The translations under genes were made by a program, and so were the position numbers. Positions 8,433 to 18,320 of a stretch of 64,000 bases of DNA are shown here, one piece after another. Within the stretch, counting starts at the first letter, position 1. Every line of letters starts with the position of its first letter. The notes beneath the pieces are model-generated. The model saw nothing but the letters and a program-made list of their open reading frames with translations, searched no databases and was not told the DNA's origin. This stretch comes from Gemmatimonadota bacterium (GTDB lineage: Bacteria > Gemmatimonadota > Gemmatimonadetes > Gemmatimonadales > JACORV01), in contig JBGOSS010000009.1 in assembly GCA_041476105.1 (NCBI GenBank), forward strand, positions 2,798 to 66,797, written 5' to 3'.

Positions 8433-8992
8433 GGCGTCTCGCTCCCGCCGACGAACCAGCCGCCGATGGTGACCTCAAGTCGGAGGGTCTCGGTGCCGCC
8501 GGGTCCGCTCGGCTCCAGGGCTGTCATCGCGATCGAGGGAATCGTGAGTACCGGCGTGCGGCCTTCCATGTCCCGAAGGAACTGCGTGATGCCTGCGATG
8601 TCGCCCTCCAGATCGGCGCGAACTCTGACCGGTCGAATCGGCCCGGTTCCGGAGTCGGCAAGCGATTCGGCTCGCCGTACGCGCAGAGCCGCCCGGCTCG
8701 CCACCCCGTTGATCAGGGAGATGAGGGTGGCTGCCGCCTCGGATTGCGTGTGCCCTCCGACCAGCTTCGGCGCAAGCGCGACAAACTCCGTCAGCGCGAG
8801 ACGGAGCGAATCACGCGTCGCCGAGGCTCCCGCGAGGGCCGCGCTGGCTCCGCGGGCCGTCTCCACACGCGTCCGAGTACGCTCCTGGGCCTGCTGCATC
8901 CGAGCACGAAGCGATGGAACCGATCCAGCGAGCACCGTGCCCAACAGCACGACGCCGCCCGCGATCAGCGCGCGGCGATCACGTTCCATCAT
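8429..8992 (-). CDS. gspM: GspM/PilO-like inner membrane platform protein
   Basis: ERDRRALIAGG before a single TM, coiled coil, and ferredoxin-like C-terminus (LEGDIAGITQFLRDME). Confidence 0.65.
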   Translation of the reverse strand: MMERDRRALIAGGVVLLGTVLAGSVPSLRARMQQAQERTRTRVETARGASAALAGASATRDSLRLALTEFVALAPKLVGGHTQSEAAATLISLINGVASRAALRVRRAESLADSGTGPIRPVRVRADLEGDIAGITQFLRDMEGRTPVLTIPSIAMTALEPSGPGGTETLRLEVTIGGWFVGGSETP

Positions 8993-10179
8993 TGCCGGCT
9001 TGCCAGTCGTGCGACGAGGTGGAATTGGTCGCGTTCAACCACGCGAGTGCCGACACTGATCCTTTGGCGGGTTGGTGGGGACTCGAGGTGGACATTGGAC
9101 AATCCCGGCAGGCGCTCGAGGGCTACCACGGCCTGGTCCGCGACTGGTGCGTAACCGCTCAGACGTAGCGTGGAATCCGGGTCGATGCGCAGCGAGGCCA
9201 GCGTGATGGAATCGTTGAGGCTGCGTGTCAGCTCGGCGAGCAGCGAGAGATGGCGGGAGCGCCGGTGCTCGGCCGCCGCCATTGTCCGGAGCGCGCCAGC
9301 GGCCGCGTCGAGATCGCGCCGCACCACCATGATGCCATTCAACCGAGGCGCCAGTGTCGCCAGCTCGGCGGCGGCGGTGCGGTCCGCGGCGCTGTACCGC
9401 AGCGCCGTGATGACGAACGCGCCGGCCCATGTAACCGCAGCGATCGCCGCGAGCCGGAGCAGGCGCGTTGTGCGCCCCCGCTCCGCCCGCTGCCGGGACA
9501 TGACAGGCAGCAGGTCCAGATGGGGTCGCGCCCGCGTAAGGGAGAACGCGGCCGCGTAGAGCGCTGACGTCTCGTGCAACGCTGCGAGCGACGGATGCCA
9601 GGCAGTTTCGCCGGGTTCGTTACCGGTGTGCTGCACGCGCCACGCCCGCCCGCGCGTGAGTTCGACGTGCAAGACACCGCTCGAGGTCGGCAGAACGACA
9701 GAGCCCTCACGGTACGATGTCGCGAATGGCAATGCCTCGAGGGCCGGACCGATACACTCCACGTCGAGTCCGGCCTGCTCGCATCCCGCCACGACTCGCT
9801 TCACGACATCCTCGGATGCGGCGGCCGCGACCAGGACGCGATGCCCTGGCGCAATGCTGACGATTCGCGCGTCGGTGACCAGCGGGCCGTGCCCGTTTCG
9901 GAACAGGCGGTCGCACTCGAGCGCGACATGCCGGCGTGCCTGGGAAGGCCGAAATGGAGGAGCGGGATCCAGAGCCCGAAGTCTGGCGACGTCGGGTCCC
10001 AGGCCGATGCGAGCACGGCGCAGGGGCTCGGGTGCGTCGCTCGCCAAACGCGCGAAGACCTCGACCAGGTCATCTGGACTGCTGTAGGACACGCTCGCGG
10101 CCCAGTGCACCCGGCGCCGATCCGCCAGCAGCGCGTGGACCGCGGTCGTCGTCACACTGATGCCGAGCCGCCGTCTCAC
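8989..10179 (-). CDS. gspL: GspL-like (PilM-like N-terminus, TM, PilN-like C-terminus)
   Basis: LGISV N-terminus, DLLP before the TM, PilN-like LAELTRSL...LRLSGYA; operon position. Confidence 0.65.
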   Translation of the reverse strand: MRRRLGISVTTTAVHALLADRRRVHWAASVSYSSPDDLVEVFARLASDAPEPLRRARIGLGPDVARLRALDPAPPFRPSQARRHVALECDRLFRNGHGPLVTDARIVSIAPGHRVLVAAAASEDVVKRVVAGCEQAGLDVECIGPALEALPFATSYREGSVVLPTSSGVLHVELTRGRAWRVQHTGNEPGETAWHPSLAALHETSALYAAAFSLTRARPHLDLLPVMSRQRAERGRTTRLLRLAAIAAVTWAGAFVITALRYSAADRTAAAELATLAPRLNGIMVVRRDLDAAAGALRTMAAAEHRRSRHLSLLAELTRSLNDSITLASLRIDPDSTLRLSGYAPVADQAVVALERLPGLSNVHLESPPTRQRISVGTRVVERDQFHLVARLASRQ

Positions 10180-10973
10180 GGAAGCCGCCGCCGTATGATT
10201 GCGAGGCGTCCCGGTTGTTCGGTCACGAGCAGGTCGAGCGTTTCGGTGAGACCGTGCGGGGGCTTGCCAGCCGTCCCCGTCGCGGTCAGTCGGAGCACCG
10301 ATGGCTGAAAGTCGAGCGTGCCAGAGAGGTGGGCGTACTCGCGCGCCAGGCTCTCCCGACCGGCCCGCGACAGGAGCCCGCCAAGCTCATCGAGCGAGCC
10401 AAGCGGGCGACGGGCTTCACGGCGCGCCGCGAGAACCGACACTGCCTCACGGCTGAGGCCGGACAATGCCAGCAGCACGGCAGGCGGAGCGTTGACGCTG
10501 ACGGCACCGCGGCCCTCGACTGTGAGGAGTGCGACCAGCTCCGCGGGCAGGTGAATCTCTTCCTCAAGCTGGGCGATGCTCTCGATGGCCTGGCCGGCGC
10601 GAAACCGAACGATGCGATGGGCCCACATCGTGGCGGAACCCGGTCCTACACCGGTCAGCGCGAAGGCTCTTTCTATCGTCGCGCTGTCGGACTGATTGAC
10701 GTTGAGAGCCGCGAAGGGATTCTCCAACCGCCACCGGCAGCTGAGACCGTCCCCGAGCGCCTCCGAGCCGTAGTCTTCAGTCGAGCCTTCCGCTCGCCGG
10801 CCGCGTGCGATCTCGGCGCACGCCTCGGCTGCCCATCGTGCGCGCGCGAGACCTATCCGGTTGCGCGAGGCCCGGTCGCCCATTCGGAGTATGCCCATCC
10901 ACGCCGCGAGCGCACCGGTGAGCGCCGCGATTGTCCAGAGGACTGCCATCAAGGCGAAGCCGTGCTTCGTCAT
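10176..10973 (-). CDS. gspK: Minor pseudopilin GspK
   Basis: Start MTKHG|FALMAVLW (no Glu5, typical of GspK); LNVN motif; ATGA overlap with gspJ. Confidence 0.75.
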   Translation of the reverse strand: MTKHGFALMAVLWTIAALTGALAAWMGILRMGDRASRNRIGLARARWAAEACAEIARGRRAEGSTEDYGSEALGDGLSCRWRLENPFAALNVNQSDSATIERAFALTGVGPGSATMWAHRIVRFRAGQAIESIAQLEEEIHLPAELVALLTVEGRGAVSVNAPPAVLLALSGLSREAVSVLAARREARRPLGSLDELGGLLSRAGRESLAREYAHLSGTLDFQPSVLRLTATGTAGKPPHGLTETLDLLVTEQPGRLAIIRRRLP

Positions 10974-11494
10974 TCGCTCCCCACGAGGAGCAGCAGCGTG
11001 TCTGGCTTCCCCAGGCGCCAGAGCCTGAAACGGATGCCGAGTGGCAGCGAAGTGGGCGACAGGTATCCACGAACCCATGACTCGTTGGCGCCGGCGTGCG
11101 GGAGGTAGTCCAGCGCCAGGCTGTCGACACCGACAGCGACAACCAGCGTATCGAACTGCGATACGACCGCCAGCCCGGGGTCGATTGCAACGACGGTGTA
11201 GGACCGCAGGATCGGCCAGCCGCGGGACCGGCTGCTCCACGCGCTGAAGAGGATCCGATCCCGCTCGCCGTGAAAGGGAATGGCCCCAGGGCTCGCGACG
11301 TCGATGGACTCGACCAGCTTTCCCAGCAACCGGAGGCCATTCGCGTCGCGGTCGAGCCGCTCGCGTCGCTCGGTGAGCCGGCGAGCGTCCTCCGTCACGT
11401 CGCCAAACAGCCGGGCCGCTGTGAGCACCAGGACCGAGCCGATGGTGAGTCCTACGACGAGCTCCAGCAGCGTAAAGCCTCGACTATCGCGCAT
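10970..11494 (-). CDS. gspJ: Minor pseudopilin GspJ-like
   Basis: Prepilin motif RG|FTLLELVVGL. Confidence 0.7.
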   Translation of the reverse strand: MRDSRGFTLLELVVGLTIGSVLVLTAARLFGDVTEDARRLTERRERLDRDANGLRLLGKLVESIDVASPGAIPFHGERDRILFSAWSSRSRGWPILRSYTVVAIDPGLAVVSQFDTLVVAVGVDSLALDYLPHAGANESWVRGYLSPTSLPLGIRFRLWRLGKPDTLLLLVGSE

Positions 11495-11849
11495 CGAGGT
11501 CTTCACGATACACGACAGTCACAAGATCGTCGCGCTGTGGGTTGGCGGCGCGCCGGAGCGCGATGCGGAACAGGGTGCGCGTCGGACGCTGGATACCGAC
11601 CAGGTACGGGCCGACGACCGACACACCCAGCCGCAGCTCCAGGTCGGATCGCGACAGCAGCACGTGGGCCGTAAGGAGGCGATCCTCATCCGCCAGCTCG
11701 GCCTCGCGCTGTTGCGCTTCGGCGAGCGATCGGCTCTCGGCATCCACCAGCCTGACGATGCCAAGACCGGCGACGGCGAGGATGGTCGTCGCGGCCATCA
11801 CCTCCAGCAGCACCACGCCGCGCTCAGCGCTTCGCACGGACGGTCCCAC
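11484..11849 (-). CDS. gspI: Minor pseudopilin GspI-like (start may be GTG 11837)
   Basis: RG|VVLLEVMAA, ~120 aa. Confidence 0.65.
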   Translation of the reverse strand: MGPSVRSAERGVVLLEVMAATTILAVAGLGIVRLVDAESRSLAEAQQREAELADEDRLLTAHVLLSRSDLELRLGVSVVGPYLVGIQRPTRTLFRIALRRAANPQRDDLVTVVYREDLDAR

Positions 11850-12123
11850 TCAACGGGTCCACGACGATGGTGACGCCGTCCGCCGTGAGACGCCCGCCGT
11901 TCGATGACCCGTCCGGAAGGAAACGGATGACGACCGAGCCCGAGTGCCACACCGTTGGTTTGCCGAATCGAATCGCCGACTCGCGGGCATCGAGCACCGC
12001 TCGCAGCGCGGCCGCCGAAGGCGAGGCCATGCTCTGACGCCAGGCCAACCCGCTCAGTCCCGCGATGAGGCCGATGATCGCCAGCGAGACGATCAGCTCG
12101 AGGAGGGTCAAGCCCCTACTCAC
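11824..12123 (-). CDS. gspH: Short minor pseudopilin GspH-like
   Basis: RG|LTLLELIVSLAIIG; IRFLPDGSSNGG typical of GspH/FimT. Confidence 0.7.
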   Translation of the reverse strand: MSRGLTLLELIVSLAIIGLIAGLSGLAWRQSMASPSAAALRAVLDARESAIRFGKPTVWHSGSVVIRFLPDGSSNGGRLTADGVTIVVDPLSGTVRAKR

Positions 12124-13304
12124 GGACCCCCCGGTCTCACGCTGTAGAGCGCCTGGAGCAGGCCAGCCGCGACGAGCGCCACCATCGCGGCAAAGCCGAC
12201 GATGAGGGCGGGTTCGAGGAGGCCGATCAGCGTCCCGATGCGTTGCTCGGCGTTCTGTGCCTCGATCGCGGCCGCCCGGCCGAGGAGTTCCGGCAAGCGG
12301 CCCGCGCCGTCGCCGATTGCGGCCATCTGAAGCGCGAATGGGGTGAAGGCGCGCTCCGCTTCCAGGGCCGCACTAAGCGAGGCGCCCTCCGCCACCCGTT
12401 CGGTGGCGCGTCCGAGGCGCTCCGCGACCAGAGTGTCACCGACGCTCTCCTGTGCAATGCGAATCGCGCGCAGCGCAGGAGTACCCGTGCCGAGCAGGGC
12501 CCCCAGGGCGCGGGCCGCCCGCGCCGTCGCGCGGGCGTGCAGGATCGCTCCGATGATCGGGTACGCGTGCAGAAGGCTCGATGCCCGGGTGCGATGGCTC
12601 CTGCTCCACCGAATGACGGTGGCGGCTCCCAGAACGAAGAGGGTCGCGAGCACCAACCAGTGCGACCGGAGAGTCATCGAGGCGCCGAGCAGCAAGCGCG
12701 TCAGCGGTGGGAGGACCGCATCCACGTCCGCCAGGAGCGCCGCGAAGCGTGGCACCACGAACAGCAGGATTCCGAGAAGTGAAGAACCGCCAACAGTCAG
12801 GAGGATCGCCGGGTAGGCCAGGGCCGCGCGCATCCGGGCGGCGCTCTCGGCGCTCCGCTCAAGCTCGTCGGCCGCCGCGGCGAGTCCGGAGGCGACTCCG
12901 AGCCCGTTCTCCGAAGCGTGCACCAGCCCCACGGCTATGGGGGAAAAGAAGAACGGCTCGGCACTCAGTGCGGCCCCGAGCGACGCTCCTTCGCGGACCC
13001 CGGCCTCGACGCGGGCCAGCGACTCGGCCAGCTGTCCCGACACCGCTCGGCGCGTGGCCTTGAGGGCGAAAGCCAGCGGCACCCCGGCCTCCATCAGCGA
13101 GGCGAGGCTGCGGAACGCAGTCGCCTGCGAGCGGGCGTCAGGACGCCGCCGCCAGCGCTCTAGCGGCGCCGGTTCGACCGCGACAGCGAGCAGCCCGCGG
13201 CGCTCCAGAACGGCGAGGGCTTCGGGTCTGGAGGCGACCTCGAGCCGTCCGCGCACGACGCCACCATCCAACGGGCGCACCGCCTCGAAACGGAATCCGC
13301 TCAC
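12120..13304 (-). CDS. gspF: T2SS inner membrane protein F
   Basis: LASLMEAGVPL, ALAYPAILL, LPPLTRLL, LLEPALIV. Confidence 0.9.
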   Translation of the reverse strand: MSGFRFEAVRPLDGGVVRGRLEVASRPEALAVLERRGLLAVAVEPAPLERWRRRPDARSQATAFRSLASLMEAGVPLAFALKATRRAVSGQLAESLARVEAGVREGASLGAALSAEPFFFSPIAVGLVHASENGLGVASGLAAAADELERSAESAARMRAALAYPAILLTVGGSSLLGILLFVVPRFAALLADVDAVLPPLTRLLLGASMTLRSHWLVLATLFVLGAATVIRWSRSHRTRASSLLHAYPIIGAILHARATARAARALGALLGTGTPALRAIRIAQESVGDTLVAERLGRATERVAEGASLSAALEAERAFTPFALQMAAIGDGAGRLPELLGRAAAIEAQNAEQRIGTLIGLLEPALIVGFAAMVALVAAGLLQALYSVRPGGP

Positions 13305-13732
13305 TGGCTGATGTCCGCGTCTTCACCGACGCCGCCCGGACGTCCGTCGCGCCCGTGCGTCAACAGGTCGTATCCCGCGGGGTTGACCACCCCCGGCCTG
13401 GCGAAGACGTAGGCGTGGCCCCACGGATCAAGCGGGATCGGGCGTCGCAGGTAAGGGCCGCGCCAGTTGCGTGGCGCCGGATCGCCGGCGGGTTGGGCCC
13501 GCAGCGCGTCGAGGCCCTGTGCGGTCGACGGGTAGTAGTCGTTGTCGAGCCGGTATTGATCCAGCGCGAGCGCGAACAACTCCATCTGTGCCTTGGCGGC
13601 CGATACCTTCGCGTCCCCGACATTGCGGAAGACCATTGGCGCAACCAGCCCCGCGAGCATCGCGATCACCACGATCACCACCATGATCTCGATGAGTGTG
13701 AACCCGCCGCGGCCGTCAGTCCTGGGTGACAC
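13301..13732 (-). CDS. gspG: Major pseudopilin GspG
   Basis: GG|FTLIEIMVVIVVI; ALDQYRLDN, YPSTAQGL, WRGPYL, DPWG. GTG start at 13732 preceded by GAGGAAG. Confidence 0.95.
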   Translation of the reverse strand: MSPRTDGRGGFTLIEIMVVIVVIAMLAGLVAPMVFRNVGDAKVSAAKAQMELFALALDQYRLDNDYYPSTAQGLDALRAQPAGDPAPRNWRGPYLRRPIPLDPWGHAYVFARPGVVNPAGYDLLTHGRDGRPGGVGEDADISQ

Positions 13733-15203
13733 GGAGCACTTCCTCGATCGTGGTGATGCCGGCCTGCACCTTGCGCCAGCCGTCGTCACGGAGCGTGACC
13801 ATGCCTTCCCGGCGCGCGATTTCGCGCAGACCGGTGAGGTCGTCGCCGCGCGCCGCCGCCAGCTTCACCCCATCGGTGACCCTGAGGAGCTCGAACAAGC
13901 CGGTGCGGCCGCGGTAACCGGTGTTACGGCACTCGGGGCAGCCCCGACCGCGCTCGAGCGAGACCCGGCCGACGGGCCGGTGTGCCAGAAGCGCGACCGC
14001 CTCGGCATCGGGTCGGTAGCGTTCCCGGCAATGGGCGCACACCCGGCGGACCAGGCGTTGCGCGAGCACGCCCTCGAGCGCGGCGACGACCATGTAGGAC
14101 TGGACCCCCAGATTCGCGAGACGCGTCAGTGCCGATACGGCATCGTTGGTATGAAGCGTCGAAAAGACCAGGTGCCCGGTCATGGCCGCCTGGACGGCGA
14201 TCTGCGCGGTCTCGGTGTCCCGCATTTCGCCCACCATGATGACGTCGGGGTCCTGACGGAGCAGGGAGCGCAACGCGGAGCTGAAGGTCATGCCGGCCCG
14301 GGCATTCACTTGCACCTGGGTCACGCCGTCGAAGTGGTATTCGACTGGATCCTCGACCGTGATGATCTTCTCGGCGCTCGCGCGCCGCAGGCCGAGTGCG
14401 GCGTACAGGGTGGTGGTCTTGCCGCTTCCGGTCGGGCCAGTCGCCAGAATGATGCCGTGTGGCCGCTCCGCGAGCCGGCGAACGGCGGCCAGATCCTCCG
14501 GCGCGAGACCCAGCTCATCGAGACCGACGGGCCGGCCGCCACGATCCAGCAACCGTACGGCCACCGATTCGCCGTACAGCGTGGGTACGGTGGACACCCG
14601 CAGGTCGAGCTCCCGCTCCTCGAGCCGAAGGCGGATCCGGCCGTCCTGGGCGATGCGGCGCTCGGCGATGTCCAGGCCGGCGAGGAGCTTGACCCGGGAC
14701 ACGACCGCCGCTTGGAGCCCCTTGGGCGGACAGGGGACCTCGCTGAGGACGCCGTCCAGGCGGAAGCGTACCCGCAGGCCCTCGCGCGCTGACTCGAGAT
14801 GGATGTCGCTGGCTTGGGACTGGTAGGCTTCGCGGATCAGCAGGTTGACGAAGCGGATGACCGGTGGCTGGCTGGCAAGATCCCGTGCGTCCGCGTACGG
14901 AGCATCGCCCTCTGTGGCTGTCTGGACCGCGTCATTGAGGTCGCGAACCAGCTCGACCACCGACTCCGCTGCGCTGAATGCGCGGCGAATGCCGTCCTCG
15001 AGCTCGATTGCGGTGACTGGCAGTAGATCGAGAGGGATCCCGAACGAAATCTCGAGGTCGTCCAGCACCTCGATGGCGGGTTCGCCCGAGACGGCGACCC
15101 TGAGCCGTTCGTTCGCGATCTCGAGCGGGAGGATCCCGTTGTACTGGAGGTAGGCAGCCTCGAAGGCATCCGGCAGAGGCAGTTTCGATTGAATCTCGGC
15201 CAC
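13716..15203 (-). CDS. gspE: T2SS ATPase GspE
   Basis: ASDIHLE, GPTGSGKTTTLY, TVEDPVE, LRQDPDVIMVGEMRD, TGHLVFSTLHTN, CAHC/CPEC zinc site. Confidence 0.95.
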   Translation of the reverse strand: MAEIQSKLPLPDAFEAAYLQYNGILPLEIANERLRVAVSGEPAIEVLDDLEISFGIPLDLLPVTAIELEDGIRRAFSAAESVVELVRDLNDAVQTATEGDAPYADARDLASQPPVIRFVNLLIREAYQSQASDIHLESAREGLRVRFRLDGVLSEVPCPPKGLQAAVVSRVKLLAGLDIAERRIAQDGRIRLRLEERELDLRVSTVPTLYGESVAVRLLDRGGRPVGLDELGLAPEDLAAVRRLAERPHGIILATGPTGSGKTTTLYAALGLRRASAEKIITVEDPVEYHFDGVTQVQVNARAGMTFSSALRSLLRQDPDVIMVGEMRDTETAQIAVQAAMTGHLVFSTLHTNDAVSALTRLANLGVQSYMVVAALEGVLAQRLVRRVCAHCRERYRPDAEAVALLAHRPVGRVSLERGRGCPECRNTGYRGRTGLFELLRVTDGVKLAAARGDDLTGLREIARREGMVTLRDDGWRKVQAGITTIEEVLRVTQD

Positions 15204-15236
15204 GCTCGACTCCGAAGTCGGAACGCAGGCTGGGGA

Positions 15237-15252
15237 AGCACAAGACGTGCCG
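15237..15252 (-). promoter_or_regulatory. Sigma-54 (-24/-12) promoter upstream of gspE
   Basis: Minus strand CGGCACGTCTTGTGCT: GG-N10-GC with GGCACG and TGCT cores, ~35 nt upstream of the gspE start. Confidence 0.75.
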
Positions 15253-15327
15253 CGGCGGCTCGCGCGCGGTGGGGCGACGCAAGCGCGTGGCGGTAGCCGA
15301 GTTACAGAATCCGGCTTTCACGCAACC

Positions 15328-16410
15328 TCAGGACAGAGACGGATCGCCACGCACATTTCCTTCGGCCGGAATGTGCGCCGGGCCACGCTCGTCCCCGGCC
15401 CGCGCTTCCCGGTCGGCCAGGTATTTCGAGATGGTGTTGCGATGCGCCCCAATCAGGGCGGCCGCTCGATCGATCCGATTCCCCGTGCGCCACAGCGCCC
15501 ATTCGACCACCCGGGCGTTCTCGGAGGGATCGCCATGTGGCTTGAATCGTGGCGCGATGCGGACGTGCGGTGGAAGGTGGTCGAACCGTACCATGGTGTC
15601 CCCGACCGCGTGCAGGTACGCCGCCTCAACAACTCCGCGCAACTCTCGAAGATTGCCTGGCCAGGGCGCCGCTTCGAGAGCGGGCATGACGTCGGGAGAA
15701 AACGCACATGGTCCCGTCACGCCCGTCACTTCGCGACAGGATTCAAGGAAGGTCTGGGCGAATGCGGCAATCACATCGCGTTGGTCCGCCAGCCCCGAAA
15801 CCGTGACAATGCAGTATCCCAATCGGTAGCGAAGATCCGGCAGCAGGTCACCGCGCTCCATCATCTCGTCCGGGCAATCGCGGGTGCAGATGATTACCCG
15901 GCAGAGGATCGGGACATCCCGCTCGCCCCCGAGCGGCAGGTAGACGCCGGTGGACAGCGCGCGCAGAAGGAGGGCCTGAACGCTCGTGGGCAGGAGGTGG
16001 AATTCGTCGAACAGTGCGGTCCCGGAACGCGCGCGCTCGAAGACTCCGTGGCCGCGGCCGACCGCGCCGGTGTAGGCACCCGGCACATGTCCGAACAACT
16101 GGTCGTACGCCATCGATTCCACCAACTCCATGGCGCTGATGGCGACGAAAGGGCTGCCGCATCTGGGTCCCTCGTCGTGCATCCAGCGAGCCAGCGTCGT
16201 CTTCCCGGCGCCCGTCGGGCCGACCAGAATCACAATGCCGCTGGCAGCCACGTACGGCCTGGCCTGCTCATAGGCCTGACTTGTTTGAGAACCGACACGG
16301 ACGATTCTCGCGGACGCGCCGGTGCTGATGGATCGGTGCATTCGAGAGAAACCTTGTTCAAGGAACCGCCAACCTACGGAAGGCGTGTCGGGTTCGTAAC
16401 CTGTCAGCAA
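15328..16410 (-). CDS. Second sensor-less sigma-54 enhancer-binding protein (start uncertain)
   Basis: GPTGAGKT, QLFGHVPGAYTGA, FDEFH, PDLRYRL, WPGNLREL, C-terminal HTH (AAALIGAHRNTISKYL). Confidence 0.85.
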   Translation of the reverse strand: MLTGYEPDTPSVGWRFLEQGFSRMHRSISTGASARIVRVGSQTSQAYEQARPYVAASGIVILVGPTGAGKTTLARWMHDEGPRCGSPFVAISAMELVESMAYDQLFGHVPGAYTGAVGRGHGVFERARSGTALFDEFHLLPTSVQALLLRALSTGVYLPLGGERDVPILCRVIICTRDCPDEMMERGDLLPDLRYRLGYCIVTVSGLADQRDVIAAFAQTFLESCREVTGVTGPCAFSPDVMPALEAAPWPGNLRELRGVVEAAYLHAVGDTMVRFDHLPPHVRIAPRFKPHGDPSENARVVEWALWRTGNRIDRAAALIGAHRNTISKYLADREARAGDERGPAHIPAEGNVRGDPSLS

Positions 16411-16431
16411 TGACAGGGTATCGACCGGCGG

Positions 16432-17289
16432 TCAGGCCCGGCCGGCCAGACTCCGCTCCAGTCCGTCCGCCACCAGGCTGCACGCCAGCACGACCAGCGC
16501 CACCAGCGCCGCCGGCGCCAGCGCGACCCACGGCGCGACCACCAGCGCATCGCGCCCCGCCGCGATCATGTTGCCCCACGAGGGCGTCGGCGGCTGGACG
16601 CCGAGTCCGAGGAAGGAGAGCCCCGCCTCGAGCATGATCGCGCTGCCCACCCCCAACGCCGTGGCGACCAGCGCGGGCCCCACCGCGTGGGGGATCAAGT
16701 GCCGCGCCACCACGCGCCACGCCGGCACGCCGAGCGCGCGCGCGGCCTCGACGAAGAGCCGCTCCTTGAGCGAGCGCACCTCCGCGCGCACCAGCCTGGT
16801 CACCGTCATCCACCCCGTCAGCCCGATGGCGAGCACCGTGACCGCGAGCCCGGGCTGGAACAGCGCCACCAGGAGCAGGAGCAGGGGCACGCGGGGAATC
16901 GCGAGCGCCGAGTCGGTGAGGGCGCTGATGGCGCGGTCCGTTCGCCCGCCCGCGTAACCGGCGATCGAGCCGAGCAGCACGCCCAGCGCGGTGGACACCA
17001 CGGCCGCAATCAACCCCACCGCGAGCGACACCCGCGCCCCGAAGGCGAGCCGCACCAGCAGGTCTCTCCCGAACCGGTCGGTGCCCAGGAGATGAAAGGT
17101 CCCCTCCGGCGTGCGCCCCAGCGGCGCCAGGAATCGCCGGGCCACGATGTCGTTCAGCTCGCTCGATATCGGCCCGTGCAGGAGTGGGATGAGGAGCGCG
17201 ACGACGCCCACGCCGGCAAGCAAGGCGGCGCCGGTGACCAGAGCCCGATTCCACACTCCCACGCCCCCACGCTCCCGCGTTCCCACCAT
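16432..17289 (-). CDS. ABC transporter permease, DppC/OppC family
   Basis: HLLGTDRFGRDLLVRLAFGARVSL, FVEAARALG, LSFLGLGVQPPTPSWG; start ATG 17289. Confidence 0.92.
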   Translation of the reverse strand: MVGTRERGGVGVWNRALVTGAALLAGVGVVALLIPLLHGPISSELNDIVARRFLAPLGRTPEGTFHLLGTDRFGRDLLVRLAFGARVSLAVGLIAAVVSTALGVLLGSIAGYAGGRTDRAISALTDSALAIPRVPLLLLLVALFQPGLAVTVLAIGLTGWMTVTRLVRAEVRSLKERLFVEAARALGVPAWRVVARHLIPHAVGPALVATALGVGSAIMLEAGLSFLGLGVQPPTPSWGNMIAAGRDALVVAPWVALAPAALVALVVLACSLVADGLERSLAGRA

Positions 17290-18281
17290 CAGCGCCGCAG
17301 CCTCGGATCCACCCACGCACTGGCCGCGTCGGCCAGCAGGTTGCCCACCACCACGAGCGCCGCGAACACCGCCGTGGCCGCCATGACGACGGGGTAGTCC
17401 CGCGCGAGCACCGCCTGGACCATGACGCGGCCCATCCCCGGCCACGCGAAGATCGTCTCCACGAAGACCACACCCGAGAAGAGCGCGGGCAGCTGGAGAC
17501 CGGCCAGCGTCACCACCGGGACGAGGGCGTTGCGCAGCGCATGGCGCATCAGGACGCTCCCCTCGCCGAGACCCTTGGCGCGGGCGGTGCGCACCGACGG
17601 CTGGCGCAGCGCTTCGATGGTCGCGGCGCGCACGTAGCGCGCGAGACCCGCGGCACCGATGACGGTGAGGGTCGTGACCGGCAGAACGAGGTGGCGCAGG
17701 CGATCGCCGAGTCGCTGCGCCGGGCTCAGGAGGTCGGCGCCGAAGCTCTCGGCGCCCATGGCCGGGAGCCGCAACGCCTCCGGCCAGCTCCAGAGCGCGG
17801 CGCCGTACGCGAAGATGAGCACCAGCCCGAGCGCGAGGACGTAGGCCGGCACCGCCTGGAATCCCGTCGTCACCACGGTGAGGGCCCAGTCCAGCCCGCT
17901 GCGCCGCCTCGCCGCCTGGACCGCGCCGATCACGATGCCGATCGCGTAGCTCAGAAGAAGGGAGAGGCCGGTCAGCAGCAGCGTGGGTCCGAGCGCCTCG
18001 GCCAGCACCCGGGTCACGGCCCGATGCTGCGCGATGCTGGCGCCCCAGTCGCCGGTGACGAAGCGGCCCAGCCAACGCACGTATTGCTCGGCGACCGACC
18101 GGTCGAGCCCGAGCTGGTGCCGCATCACCTCGGCGGTGGCCGCGTCGGCCGAGGGGCCGAGGTAGAGCCGGACCGGATCACCGGGCGCCAGGTGCAGCCC
18201 CGCGAAAGTCACGGTGAGCACGAGGAGGACGGTGGCGAGGGCGACGAGGGTGCGGCGCAGGGCCAGGGCCATCGCGGTCAA
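17289..18281 (-). CDS. ABC transporter permease, DppB/OppB family
   Basis: PGDP, LGLDRS, VRTARAKGL, HALRNAL, ETIFAWPGMG, RDYPVV, DPR. Confidence 0.92.
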   Translation of the reverse strand: MTAMALALRRTLVALATVLLVLTVTFAGLHLAPGDPVRLYLGPSADAATAEVMRHQLGLDRSVAEQYVRWLGRFVTGDWGASIAQHRAVTRVLAEALGPTLLLTGLSLLLSYAIGIVIGAVQAARRRSGLDWALTVVTTGFQAVPAYVLALGLVLIFAYGAALWSWPEALRLPAMGAESFGADLLSPAQRLGDRLRHLVLPVTTLTVIGAAGLARYVRAATIEALRQPSVRTARAKGLGEGSVLMRHALRNALVPVVTLAGLQLPALFSGVVFVETIFAWPGMGRVMVQAVLARDYPVVMAATAVFAALVVVGNLLADAASAWVDPRLRR

Positions 18282-18320
18282 TCTCGCGCTTGGCGCCGCG
18301 ATTCTCTAGTTTCCCCCGTC

